This document shows, in pieces, positions 1 through 11,677 of a stretch of DNA of 40,961 nt. The notes beneath the pieces are model-generated. The model worked only from the letters and a program-made list of their open reading frames with translations, did no database searches and was not told where the DNA came from. How positions within the stretch are numbered: position 1 is the stretch's first letter; each line of letters begins with the position of its first letter. A program made the position numbers and the translations under genes. Origin of the DNA: Atractiella rhizophila. Its lineage: Eukaryota. The stretch spans positions 62,001 to 102,961 of the forward strand of contig MU271213.1 in assembly GCA_021432655.1 (NCBI GenBank). Reading direction: 5' to 3'.

Positions 1-297
1 TTCCACACATGGGGGGCAAGACTGGTGAGGTGTGTTTGGCAAGAGCAGATGAATAAAGGAGCGTATGAAATCGCCATGGTTCTATCTACAGGGTAAGGTG
101 CAGAAGCGAACGGGGTCTATTGTTCGTCTTCCAAAAGAGTTGCTGTTATTCAAGTTCACAAACCATTAGCTGTGATCCTCCCTTTCTCGTGGGGTATTGG
201 TGGCGATTTTACTGCAAGTAATGGTACCCGAAAATGAGTCTCTTCCTGAACAAGTGCCGTTATAAACCTTTGCTCCACAGAGTTCGTTCGCCGATTT

Positions 298-2750
298 TCA
301 AAGTAAACTGAACGGGTAGTTGTTCAACACACCCGATTTGACCATAAGACTTCTGGAGCAAGTTGTGGTGGGAGCCATAAACTTGAATTGAGTTTGTTCA
401 AAAATCGCACATTCTTGCAGCGTACATTCAGAAGAAACGACGAAATATTGTCTCTACAACAGAATCTGCGATCACACTTTGCAAAAGTAACATTGTCAAA
501 CTCCAGGTACGCGAGAGAATCAAACTTTGGGGTCAGCAAGGCAGAAGTCTAATAACGTAAGGGAGAAGTCTTCTAATGAGGGAGACGCCACAGAACAATG
601 CGACCAGGAACTCTCATCAGAACTTGAGGCTGAGTTGGAAGGGGTAGATCCTAGGCTGGAGCTATTGGATGAGAATGTATCCAAGAGATTCCACGTCTGT
701 GACACGAAATTGCATTGAGGCACCTGGAAGATCTTCAGGAAATTCATGTGTGAAAGCTGAGACGACGCACCTCTAACCTCTGAATCTCATCGTCAAAGTC
801 GTCTATGCGTCGGTTCCAATCTTCTTTCATGCAAGCACCCTTTCGACATTTATTCATCAGACTGCCACTACACCTTCAGCCATTGTTGTCTGTTTAGTAT
901 GTAATCAACTCACTGGATCACGTCCTCTCTCCCCTCTGGCTTACTATATGTTAGCCATGCAAGGTATCGCGTCCCCATCATGTCGAAGAAAGGCAGGAGA
1001 GTGCGTTGCCAAAGATGAGATACGACGACGCTTTCAAGTCTTCCGTGTGCTTTGATTGTCGTGGTTCTAAGCATCCATCGGACGGTATCCATAGCTTGTT
1101 GATCTGCTAACTCTTGCATCTCGGAGGCGAGGCGACGTAGGTAAAGACTTGAAGGAAAGCGCTGATGTGATTCAGTAGCTGCTCTAGACAGAGCGAAGAT
1201 GTATCTTCAGGACAGCATGAGGACCGCAACATAGATGCAAGAGAAGCTTACGCGCAGGATATCCGCTCTATGATCCAAGAAAGCAAAATTCCCTCCTCTC
1301 CAGGACTTCTGCGGTGCACAAAATTTCCAAGACTGCTGCCTTGATTCCGCCAGTCATTGACGGTTTTGTGGATGTTGACTAGCTGCGTAATGACAGATTC
1401 CACCTCCTTCATCGCCAGCTTGGAACAGTCATGACGGGCGAGAGCGCATGCGCGCAACATGGCCAAAAGGTTCATCAGGAAGGCGAACTGCAATGGAACA
1501 GATTGGTCGGTCGAAAGGAAGTGTAGTGGGTCCAGCAGAAGTTCGGGAGAGAATGGAAGGTCTGAAAGATATTCTTCAATCTCTATGGTCGATAAGATGG
1601 GCGCTTCTCCCGAATGAGCATGAACAACATGGTCGAAGAACTATCATAGTCGTGTTCAGCACAATCAATGGGGTCCTGGTGTTCAAACCCACAAAGACAT
1701 AGATGAAGCACTGGCTAAACAGGCGCTCTTTCTGCTCAGGTTGCAAGGTCGGCTTGTAAATCGATTTGAAACGGGATAGTGCGCTCTTGATAAGCTGTTT
1801 CGACGTGTGCAGATCCTCAAGATGGAACCGCATGAGAAGAGAGAAGATTTTGGCAACATCCTCCTCAAACTTTTCCAAATTTTCCTGATTTGCAGCTTTC
1901 GACTCGATGATTGAGCCTTGTCCACGAGTGATCATGAATCCACTCTGTCATGTGATCAGCTCGGGTGTGGGGTATTGGGAAAGGATTTCGCTTACATTGC
2001 CTACTAGACGAGCATGTAAGATGTCCTGATAGCATTGTCGAAGCTAGGTGTGACAGTTAGCCAGTTTGAACTTTACTTGCATGCTACTGACAGCTCCATA
2101 AACGTTCAGGTCTTCGCAAGAAGAGCCTGATCCCCAGTTTGAAGGCAAGACTTTGACTATCTCCGAAGCGTCCAGTTCAATGAAGAGAGGACCGCACACC
2201 AATAAATGGTCGCCTAACGCGGAAAGCAGCTGGCGCCCGTATCAGAGCTGCAACCGCCAAAATCAAACATAAACGAACTTGTATTTCTCCCAACCTTGTT
2301 TCGAGGTCAGAGATTTGGAAACAAGCCATCAGGGCGGAGTGCAAGTTACGCCTCTTCGGTTTCACGCGCGAGCCTTTTTTTGAGGGGGAAGCAAAAGGAG
2401 AATAAATGGGGGAAGTCGAACATTCACTGGAATTCGACGGAACGGACCTTCAAATCAAAACAATGTTAGTAAAAGCTGTCCTGTGGACCAGAAAAGCGAT
2501 CGAAGTTTGGAGTTGATCGGCAGGGGATAAACATACAAGGTTGCATTATCCTTAGGTTGATCTGAAGGCGATCCAACTTGACAGCTGTTTTTGAATCATC
2601 AGAGAGATTTCGACAAAAGATTTCAGATTCGTACACTACACCAGCCTTTGCACAATAATCGCAAACACTTTCTGCTCCTACACTCCATGTGCAAGAGATG
2701 CGAAGTTTTTGGCACATGAAGCAGGATCTGGTGCGTTTACCTGCTCGCAT
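298..2750 (-). CDS. Zn(II)2Cys6 (GAL4-like) fungal transcription factor, multi-exon; 3' end uncertain (about 300-520)
   Basis: The N-terminus reads CFMC-x6-C-x9-CDYC-AKAGVV. Removing a 50-nt GT-AG intron (2634-2585) supplies the sixth Cys (AKAGVVC). Downstream minus-strand ORF pieces at 1576-1935, 1248-1493, 910-1119 and 520-747 look like further exons, and 910-1119 can be spliced in frame to 520-747. Confidence 0.7.
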
Positions 2751-3887
2751 CTTTGTGATTTCAGAGCATCAACAGGCAGACTGGCTCTGAACGCGTTTAT
2801 ATGGACTACTCGCCACTAAGTTATGGCCTGCTCTCCCCTAACTCCTCTGCCTTCGACTGAAAAACAGTCCCAACACATGCTTTTGACAGACAGCATACTC
2901 GTATACAAAGACAACCACAATCCGGAGTCAAGAAAATCGTTTGAAGTCTGGGTTGCAATCATTTTACTTCGTCTTCAGTCGGAAGGCTGAGCCCTGCGGG
3001 CAGCTTGCTACACACACCTTTGCATTCTCACTGTACACTGTACTTTGTTGAACGTCTCTGTGCGATGCATGTACGTTCAGAGTCATGCTCTCCAGAACTC
3101 CTTCTGGACTTCTCTGTTAAATCTTTATGCGTTCATGGCTTGTGCTTGTGCCAAACAACGTTCTCTATTAGCAGTACGTTGGTTATGCGGGGTCTGCCGG
3201 TAACACCGTGACCAGACAACATGAATGAACGTGAATACTGTGTGACCATTGACTAGTACTCTACCTCAGCCATGTTTGCATCAGTCCAATTGCTGATAAT
3301 AATAACCGCTCTTGAAGGTGGAGGTAGATTAAGTGGGAGTAAATAAGGGTAAGGCGAGATTTGCTTGTTGATGAGCACGCAATGAAGAAGGCAGACACTA
3401 CGAGAGGACTATTCAAGAATCGCCTACTTAGGCGGGAAGTGGAGCCTCCACTCTGGGGTTATCTACTTCACGCACAAATGTGCTAACCATCCTTTCATCA
3501 TTCATCAATGGGACCGTTTGTAGGTCAAAGTATTCGATGTCATGGTGGGAACTTTCACGGCGGCTACAATCAGCCACCAAATTCACTGCCAGTTAAATGT
3601 CAACATGCAACTCAGTAAACTCTTTGAGAAGATCTCTGTGTTTCTCTGAATCATGAGAGCCCATATCATGCATCACGTCGACCCCCAAATTAATGGAGAT
3701 CTGCAATTGCCAGCAGGACACAGAGCGAGACGCCGTTTCCACGCTTTCAACTGCAAAAAATATGTCTTAGAAACGGGTTTTCATGCCCACTGAGCATCAT
3801 TGATATCCGAGCAATGACTTGGAGCGCAACCGTGATTGAGTTGGGCACACACCTTCGTCCATGAAGCTGTCAATCCTTGTCAGGCCA

Positions 3888-4089
3888 TGTTGGAAAGGAT
3901 GATGGAGATAATGGAATGCGAAGTGTGTTTGACGTGTTTGTCGTGCATTCCGATGCAGCAGCAAACATGTGGCATAAGGGAGTGTCTGCGAGATTCTCTT
4001 CTTTTTCCCCAATCACTTTGTTATCCATTTGATCGTGCTCACGCTTTCTTGATTGGGGACAACTTAGTCTCCAACCAAAAATCTCATTG
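3888..4089 (+). repeat. Dispersed ~200 bp repeat, copy A (possible degenerate mobile-element fragment)
   Basis: Aligns by eye with the reverse complement of 20511-20733, e.g. tggaatgcgaag.gtgtttg, gcaaacatgtggca, ttccccaatcacttt, gatcgtgctcacgctttc.tgattggggacaacttag and aaaatctcattg. Confidence 0.85.
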
Positions 4090-4998
4090 GCCAACACACC
4101 ATCTAGTGCACTCTGGCACTCTGTCTTCTCTGACGATCTGACCGTGACCGTAAGGCATCACGCATACCAAGAGCTGTTGTTGTTGTTTGTTGTTTGTTGT
4201 TCTGAGGATCTGGTCGTCTTGGCCAAAGCTGCATACGACGTTAGATGCATTTTTTCATTCACGCTGCTGGGATGCTTGGCTCACCAGGAGAGAAATGAGG
4301 CATAGGAATAAGAACGAGAATTCTCTTGAACAACGGAACGTCATTGCGCTGTGCAGAAGGGATGCCAGTGAGTCATTCACAATACACAGTTGGAGAGATG
4401 ACTGTTGGGGACAATAATTTTATTCGCACCACTCATGAATAAAAAGTAATGGGAACAACAAGCTACAGGTGGGGGATCAGTGTCTATTTCAGAATTCTTG
4501 TAGTTGGCAGAACTTATGGCTGACAATGCGAGCTCCTTCGTCGATTCTAATGCATAATGTTTCAAGGATATGTTGGGTTCAACAGCTGTGTTTTGTTGGT
4601 TTTTGAGGTGGGTCACAGTTTAGCTATTTTGTATTTCGTACCTGTGCACTTTTGTTTTGGCCCTGCCTCGCCCTTAGTTTCCGCTCTTCGTTATCGACCT
4701 CAGCCTCCAGGCGGCCCTGATTCCCAGTTTCCTCTCTGGAGTATTGTCTTTCTCTTCTTTCCCGAGATGCTGCGCAGACAGTTAGAGCTGCATTCCTTCC
4801 AAAATGATCACAATGCATGTGCCGTGGATTTCAAGTTGAAGCGTCGTTGAAGGTTGAACGTTCTCAATCACAAGATCGAACGATGCCTGCACCGCTTTGA
4901 GATAAGAGAGAGTGGGGCGAAAATGTGGTTCAAAAATATCTGTGTCTGCTCGTCTTGAAAACGTCTTGCATTGTTTCCACCAACCATCTCCGATAACC

Positions 4999-6408
4999 AT
5001 GTCCATATGCTTGCTTTTCGTGCCTGCGTCCACTCCTGGAGGAGAGGACGGCTTCTTTTTTCTGTCAGACAAACTCAACAGATGGTCGGTGAACAGCTGC
5101 AATGTGCGAGGAGATGTTGATTGTGAATGAATGTGAAAGGAAAAACATTCCCCACTCTCTCGAAGAACAACTCACAACGGCGTCCAATCGTCCAGGCTCA
5201 GCTCCCAGCTCCTTACGCTTCCTGTTCATAGGTCCAAACGGGACTTGGTTTATGTCATGGAAGGATGCGAATGGAAAGGCATGGTATCGTAGGTAAATCA
5301 ACACTCCGAAACGATATGTTCAGTATTTTCAGGCCCTTATTTTAATGGCAAATACCCAGAAGCAGACTCTTGGATTCGCTCTCATAACACCCCAGACGTC
5401 GATGGCTGCTTAGGACAAGATGGGTATTACTGGCTGTGCAATCCGCATGGCTACAGTTGGCGCTGTCCACCAGGCATGTCGGAAGACCTTAACAGATTTC
5501 GAATTGGACAGACCTGGACGGATGAAGTTCATTGTTGCAGTTTTGGGGTCGAGGCTACCTATGTCGGCCTTTGTAAAAACGGAGGATATTTCTGGGACTT
5601 GAATGGAAAGTATCCTGAGTTGGAGAAGATTATCAAAGAGAAGGGCCTCGCCAATGCCAAAGCGGGTTTCTCATTGCTCTGGCAAGTTTCGTTGCAAGCT
5701 GACATATTCTCCAAGGTGGTCACACTCCATCCGACAAAACCTAACATGTTCTTTATTGGATTTAATGATGGGACGATGAAGTGGTGCTTACCCGATGCAT
5801 GGAACCCTGACCTTCATAAAATCATCCAAGAATACAAGAAAGTATCGGCGGATTCGGCGGCTCCAGCAGGTCTCTCAATTGGTGGTGCTTCTCTGCACGA
5901 AGGGGTTGGGTCGAACGAGGCTGTCTCTGCCTCTACTTCCAGCTCGAGTGCGAATCCCTTTCTAAGCTCAAATGTATACGCTTCCATTCTCTCGTCATCT
6001 TTACAGCCTAAATACGACTTCAGTCAAATGATGCAGCAGTACCAAGAGCAACAGCACGCCCGCACGCAAGAGATTCTCGCATATACCCAAGCTGCTCAGC
6101 AACAGTCAGCTCAGCGAATGCAAGCTCTCCTTCAACAATACCAGACCCCTTCGCCTACTGCGTCACTATTCTCCCAGTATCAACAGCAGCAGTATGCTCC
6201 ACCCCCAGCGCCACCACCAGATTATTCGTCCCTGTACAACTCCATCGCATCTGGTTTTCAACCTTCGGCCGCCGTTCCTGCAGCACCGACAACAGATTGG
6301 TCTCAGATTCTCTCCCAGACCGATGGAGTTGATATTATTGGAAATTTTGCCTCACAAGCTGGACAACAGCTGATGGTAGCAGGAGCAAGTGCGTGTTCAA
6401 TAATGTAG
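4999..6408 (+). CDS. Uncharacterised protein: N-terminal tandem aromatic-rich repeats, Q/P/S-rich low-complexity C-terminus with PPxY, terminal CaaX (CSIM)
   Basis: ATG at 4999. Introns 5085-5139 and 5289-5332 join in frame to ORF 5476-6408. There is a possible in-frame GC-AG intron at 5662-5715. The protein ends GASACSIM-stop. Confidence 0.75.
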
Positions 6409-6429
6409 AATGATAAGCCATATGGGACT

Positions 6430-7909
6430 TCAAGATTTTTTAAATGCATCCATAGCCTATACTTTTTGTTAGAACCCTCCTCTCAAACGAGTTAAAACAT
6501 TTACCTCTTTCATGCATACTCCAACTTTGCCCAAATTCTCAGCTAGCCGAATTCCTGCGCTTTCCCACAGTGTCCGCTTGTCTGCGACACCCCCTCTCTC
6601 CCCATCCCACCAGGCACCAGCATGCCCATGTGCCTTGAAAGGTATCACTTGCTGTCCCGCCACATAACCCACGATCGGTTTTGCTCGCCGTTCATCTGTA
6701 GGAGAAAGGGAATTGAGGAAGTCAGCGGCTTCCTCCTCCATCTGTCCGCCCACTTCGCCGATCAATACAATACCTTCATCTCATATTAGACAGGAAATTA
6801 GGATTGGAAAGGGGACAGCATGCCATCTGTATGCGGATCATCAAGGAGGAAAGATAGTGCCTCCCATGTCCGCGTTCCTACATCCGCAGTGTCTTGAATT
6901 GAACAATATGGCGGAAGCAAAGAGTTGCGAACCTGGAAACGGGTCTCCTCCCAATCCAAAAACATAGGATTGTCCCAGTCCCAGCTCGCTGAGTTGCGAT
7001 GCCGCTTCATATGTCATGGTGCCTGAACGACCAGCCACGCCTTCGTTCCACGAAAGACGTGGAGTCAGCGATCTGCAACTGAAGAAAGAGCCATTGATGT
7101 ACCTATTCGACCTGGTGTGTGGACGGCGAGCGGTTGGATACCGAGCTTGAAAGTGTTGATAGGACATATTAAACCTATTCCGATCCATATCAGATATTCC
7201 ACTCACTAAATGACATTTTTACGCTTAAGAGACGGTACCTGGAGAGTTGGCACCAACCAACCTAGTCTTGTTTTGACTTTTGAGCGCATGCATTATCTAT
7301 CAAACCATCACAAATCGCCAACGAAAAGAACTAAGGAGTGACACACCTTCAACTGGTCGTGAGTAGGAATGCCTTCCTCTCTCGTTAGATTTCCTATCGA
7401 AAGCCACATTGGCATGACGAACCTTCAGCGACGGCGACGACCAACCCGATTTCTTCTTCGATGGCATTTATTATGGCATCTGCAGCGAGCTTTGGTGGCA
7501 CGAAAACAAGAGAGGCGTCCGGTTTTAGCTCGTTTACCGCCTATTATTCAATTGGGCTAAATTAACTCTATGCAAGAAGAGTTAAAGTCGGACACACCTC
7601 CTTGAGTGTTGAATAGACAGGCCGATCGAACATTTTTTGCCCTCCCTTCCCTGGTGAGACGCCACCAACAATGTTGGTGCCGTAATTGAGAGCAATGGTG
7701 TTATGGAACAGTGACTGACCAGAAGTCAGTTTCGACAATGAAAACTAGGTAATTTAACCCACCGCTTTTCCCGTGAAACCTTGGACCACCACGCGTGAAT
7801 TCGCTTTGGAAGCGAGAGAGAGGTTGGGAATCGTGGACGTGTAGGGAGAGTGAGTGAGTACGGATACAGCCTGCCGCAGTGCAGACGTGGTGGCAGAAGC
7901 TGAAGCCAT
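6430..7909 (-). CDS. Succinyl-CoA ligase alpha-subunit-like protein (divergent paralog)
   Basis: Spliced translation gives [85 protein letters not shown] and the phospho-His loop HGHAGA. The last intron gives C-terminus ...[15 protein letters not shown] (TGA at 6430-6432). Confidence 0.92.
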
Positions 7910-8833
7910 AATGGAGAGCCGAATGATGCGTGCTTGATCAACTTCGTACGATGTAAGCGAGGAGATGAATCTGGAGTTGTGAAAACAGGTTAAACATTTC
8001 CACGACAACTAGACTTTACTCGTTTCTTTAAATATAGCCCCTAGTAGCTTTTGAAAGCTTTGTCTGAGGTAAACCTCGTTCCACCGCAGGACGGAGATGG
8101 ACTGCTTCATGGTTCCAATGCCGACAAGTGCGTTTTTACAACAGATATCATCTGGAAATTTGTATTTTGTACGAGTCGAAAGGTAATTTCTCATTGCAAG
8201 GTCAATAAAAGCGCGTTCCTGTAGCGCATCGCAGTGCATTCCTCAAAAGAAGAATGGTTCGAGCATTGAGATATTGGAAGCAAAAACTAGCATGTCCTTT
8301 GAGAGGAATGCTGAAGCAGAGAAGAAGTAGCTGACAATCTAAGAGGTAAGAGGTAAACGCACCTGAAGCAGCCTACAACCCCGTCCAGCTTATGCTCCAG
8401 ACAGAAGTAGGTATTATCTCCTCTGCAAGCTGTTGCCTCGGTATGGTTATGGAATCGGGCCGAATCGGAAAGGCTTTCAAGTTAGGCTCCGAAGACAGAC
8501 TCGAAAGGTCGAGCTTGAACTTGGGTCAAGCGAGAGGAGACGTCCTCTTTGAAGCAGTCCTTGCAGCACAAGCTGCTGGAGTCTTGAGAACGGGTTTTCT
8601 TTAGTCAACGAACGCGGTACGTGTCGGCTAGCCAAGTGCTTGACAACTTCTTGTTGACGAGTTTGCATGGATAGATCCTTGGAAACAGCTTTGAAGGTCG
8701 CGAGCCGTACTGATTGTTCCGTTGAAGCACTTAGGTCAACAGACCGACTCCGTCAATCAGACTCAACCTCAGAATTCAACCAGCTCTTCCACACATTTAG
8801 TAGCGCTGGGCAATCCTCGACGTTCTCTTCAGA

Positions 8834-11677
8834 ATGAGTTTTGTTTACTCCTTCCGCGCCTCTGCCTTGCGTTCTCTCCAGCATCCCCGGCATGTTCTTT
8901 CTCAGCGATCCCTCCACTTGTCTTCCTCCGATTCACTGTCGCTTCTCAAAGAAGCTGGGCTACCTACACAACGCCATTGGCCCATTTCTCTCCTGTCATT
9001 AGAAAAGGATGTTTCGCGGGTTAGAACCGAAATGGCAGCCTTGGATCCGAAGCAAACTTCGGTTTCGTTAAGGGCAGAAGTGCCTGTCTGGGGAGAAGAT
9101 GTTGCGAAGCAAGGATGGATTGAAGGGTCCATGAGAGATTCAGGGCAACTCTTTGGGTATTTTGATTGGGCCGAATATAAGAATGGAAACGAGTCAAGAT
9201 TGCTGTGAGTCTCCTCTACTAGCGCAAGTTTCGACTAACGATTTGGCAGGGACATGCAATTGCCAATAGAAATCCATAAACTCTTCCACTGTGATTTCGT
9301 CCTTCCTTCCCCTACAACAAATGAAGAACTCCGTTACCCAATTACACGCCTCCTACTATCACCTAATAGTCTTACCTCAGCGTCCACCTCGACGGTACAA
9401 CGCATTCTCCTCTATCCGCATCGGGAAAAATTGTGTCCAGTCCTCCAGATCGACGACCGAGAGTACGAGCTTGACTATCACAAAGCAGTCGCAGCCATCG
9501 AAGAATTGGCAAGTGGAAAGGGAGAACGTGAGCGAATATTAAAAGAGATATTTGAATTATGGAAGAAATGGGACGGGACACGGTGGGAGTTTTCATTGCG
9601 GACGACCTCCACCGAGGATGGAGAGGAATGCGAGATGTCTGTTTTCCTTTGATTGCTCCCATATAACGCATTGATTCAAGGAAGGCAGCCAAAACCCTTA
9701 TTTTCAGTTTGACGACTTCGCTTCACACCGTCAACCTGACATATTCTCCCTACGCCGCACGGAAGAGGAAGAAAGTCTCCAACTCAAAGCCGAGGAGCAA
9801 GGAATGTTCTACCTCAAATACCCAGGTCTGGGAGCCGTTGGATGCTTTGGTTACGGAGCAGGTTTGAGCATGAGCACGTTGGACGCGGTCATCAATGCCG
9901 GAGGAGAGGTTGCAAACTTCTTCGACGGCGGAGGCGGCGCAAATGCTCAGAATGCTTATGAGGGAATTAAGATTCTTGCCGAGACGCCAGGAGTGAAGGT
10001 GTTGTTTGTCAACATTTTCGGTGGCCTTACAAGGTGCCTCATCTTTCCATCTTCTCAATTGGAGAGGCTCATCTCTTTCACCACGCATGTGTTAGGTGCG
10101 ACTGGGTCGCGGAAGGAATTACAAAGGCTGTACGAGAGATTAATGAAGGAGGACGCACAATTCCTGTCGTTGTGAGGATGAAAGGGACAATGAGCGAAGA
10201 AGGAAACCGATATTTGAGGGAACAAAAGTTTGCCCTGCCTTATCTTCCCTCGCATAAATTGTTGACATTTATTCTTCAATAGCCTGCCCATCATTATCGA
10301 ACGTATGTCCATCTTTCATTACAATTTTGGGTTGTTGATGTTCGTGGGATAGCCGATTTCGAACAGGCAGCCAAATTTGCCGTCGAGGCCTCTAAATCAG
10401 CCGTTGAAAAATTTCGGCTGACGATTTGGCAGGGACATGCAATTGCCTATAGAAATCCATAAACTCTTCCACTGTGATTTCGTCCTTCCTTCCCCTACAA
10501 CAGATGAAGAACTCCGTTACCCAATCACACGACTCCTACTCTCCCCTAACAGTCTTACCCCTACATCCACCTCGACGGTACAACGTATCGTCCTCTATCC
10601 GCACCGCGAAAAACTGTGTCCAGTTCTCCAAATCGACGACCGAGAGTACGAGCTAGACTATCACAAAGGGGTTGCAGACATCGAAGAATTGATAAGTGGG
10701 GAGGGAGAACGCGGACGGATATTAGGGGAGGTATTTGAATTATGGAAGAAATGGGATGGTACACGGTGGGAGTTTTCATTGCGGACAACAACGTCGGAGG
10801 GAGGAAACGAATTCGAGATGTTTGTTTTCCATGGTTGCTCCAATGAACGCATTGACCCAAGGAAGGCAGACGAAACCCTTATTTTCAGTTTGACGACTTC
10901 GCTTCACACCGTCAACCTGACATATTCTCCCTACGCCGCACGGAAGAAGAAGAAAGTCTCCAACTCAAAGCCGAGGAGCAAGGAATGTTCTACATCAAAT
11001 ACCCAGGTCTGGGAGCCGTTGGATGCTTTGGCTACGGAGCAGGTTTGAGCATGAGCACGTTGGACGCGGTCATCAATGCCGGAGGAGAGGTTGCAAACTT
11101 CTTCGACGGCGGAGGCGGCGCAAATGCTCAGAATGCTTATGAGGGAATTAAGATTCTTGCCGAGACGCCAGGAGTGAAGGTGTTATTTGTCAACATATTC
11201 GGTGGCCTTACAAGGTGCCTCATCTTTCCATCTTCTTAATTGGAGAGGCTCATCTCTTTCACCATGCATGTATTAGGTGCGACTGGGTCGCGGAAGGAAT
11301 TACGAAGGCTGTACGAGAGATTAACGAAGGAGGACGCACAATTCCTGTCGTTGTGAGGATGAAAGGGACAATGAGCGAAGAAGGAAACCGATATTTGAGG
11401 GAACAAAAGTTTTCCCTGCCTTAATCTTCCCTCGCATAAATTGTTGACATTTATTCTTCAATAGCCTGCCCATCATTATCGAACGTATGTCCATCTTTCA
11501 TTACAATTTTGGGTTGTTGATGTTCGTGGGATAGCCGATTTCGAACAGGCAGCCAAATTTGCCGTCGAGGCCTCTAAATCAGCCGTTGATAAACAAACTT
11601 CGATCGATGTCCATACATCAACAGAAGTGCCGGAAGCCGAGCCATCAACGCATGTTGACGAGAAAGCTGCTGTCTGA
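8834..11677 (+). CDS. Succinyl-CoA ligase beta-subunit-like protein (divergent), with duplicated 3' exon set (copy 1 stop at 10462, copy 2 stop at 11677)
   Basis: Exon 1 (8834-9204) starts with an Arg/Ser-rich mitochondrial presequence-like segment. Later exons give FQFDDFASHRQPDIF, GCFGYGAGLSMSTLD, ANFFDGGGGA, LFVNIFGGLTRCDWVAEGI and PVVVRMKGT, which match the SCS-beta C-terminal CoA-ligase domain. Confidence 0.88.
9229..11589 (+). repeat. Direct tandem duplication of ~1.18 kb (9229-10407 and 10412-11589)
   Basis: Both units start at tttcg(a/g)ct(a/g)acgatttggcagggacatgcaattgcc and end at tctaaatcagccgttga. The offset is 1183/1182 nt, and the indels I found fall in introns. Confidence 0.97.

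Noticed and set aside
4175..4201. (GTT/GTTT)n microsatellite, plus short coding repeats at ~25352-25378 (GRGRGRG) and ~32805-32826 (GNGNGNG)
   Set aside because: Ordinary simple-sequence repeats, not CRISPR-like or otherwise structured.
3700..4450. Cys-rich ORF 3836-4141 as a transposase or zinc-finger gene
   Set aside because: It has no recognisable catalytic or zinc-finger spacing and stops in flanking frames. It is kept only as a repeat.
6385..6408. CaaX ending suggesting a basidiomycete lipopeptide mating pheromone
   Set aside because: The ORF is over 400 aa after splicing, unlike short pheromone precursors, and no STE3-like receptor is recognisable nearby.
8009..8720. Possible small minus-strand gene between the alpha and beta genes (ORFs 8009-8239 and 8477-8668, intron-like gtgcgt at ~8362)
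   Set aside because: I could not build a stop-free spliced frame or recognise any motif. It may be UTR, promoter or a decayed pseudogene.
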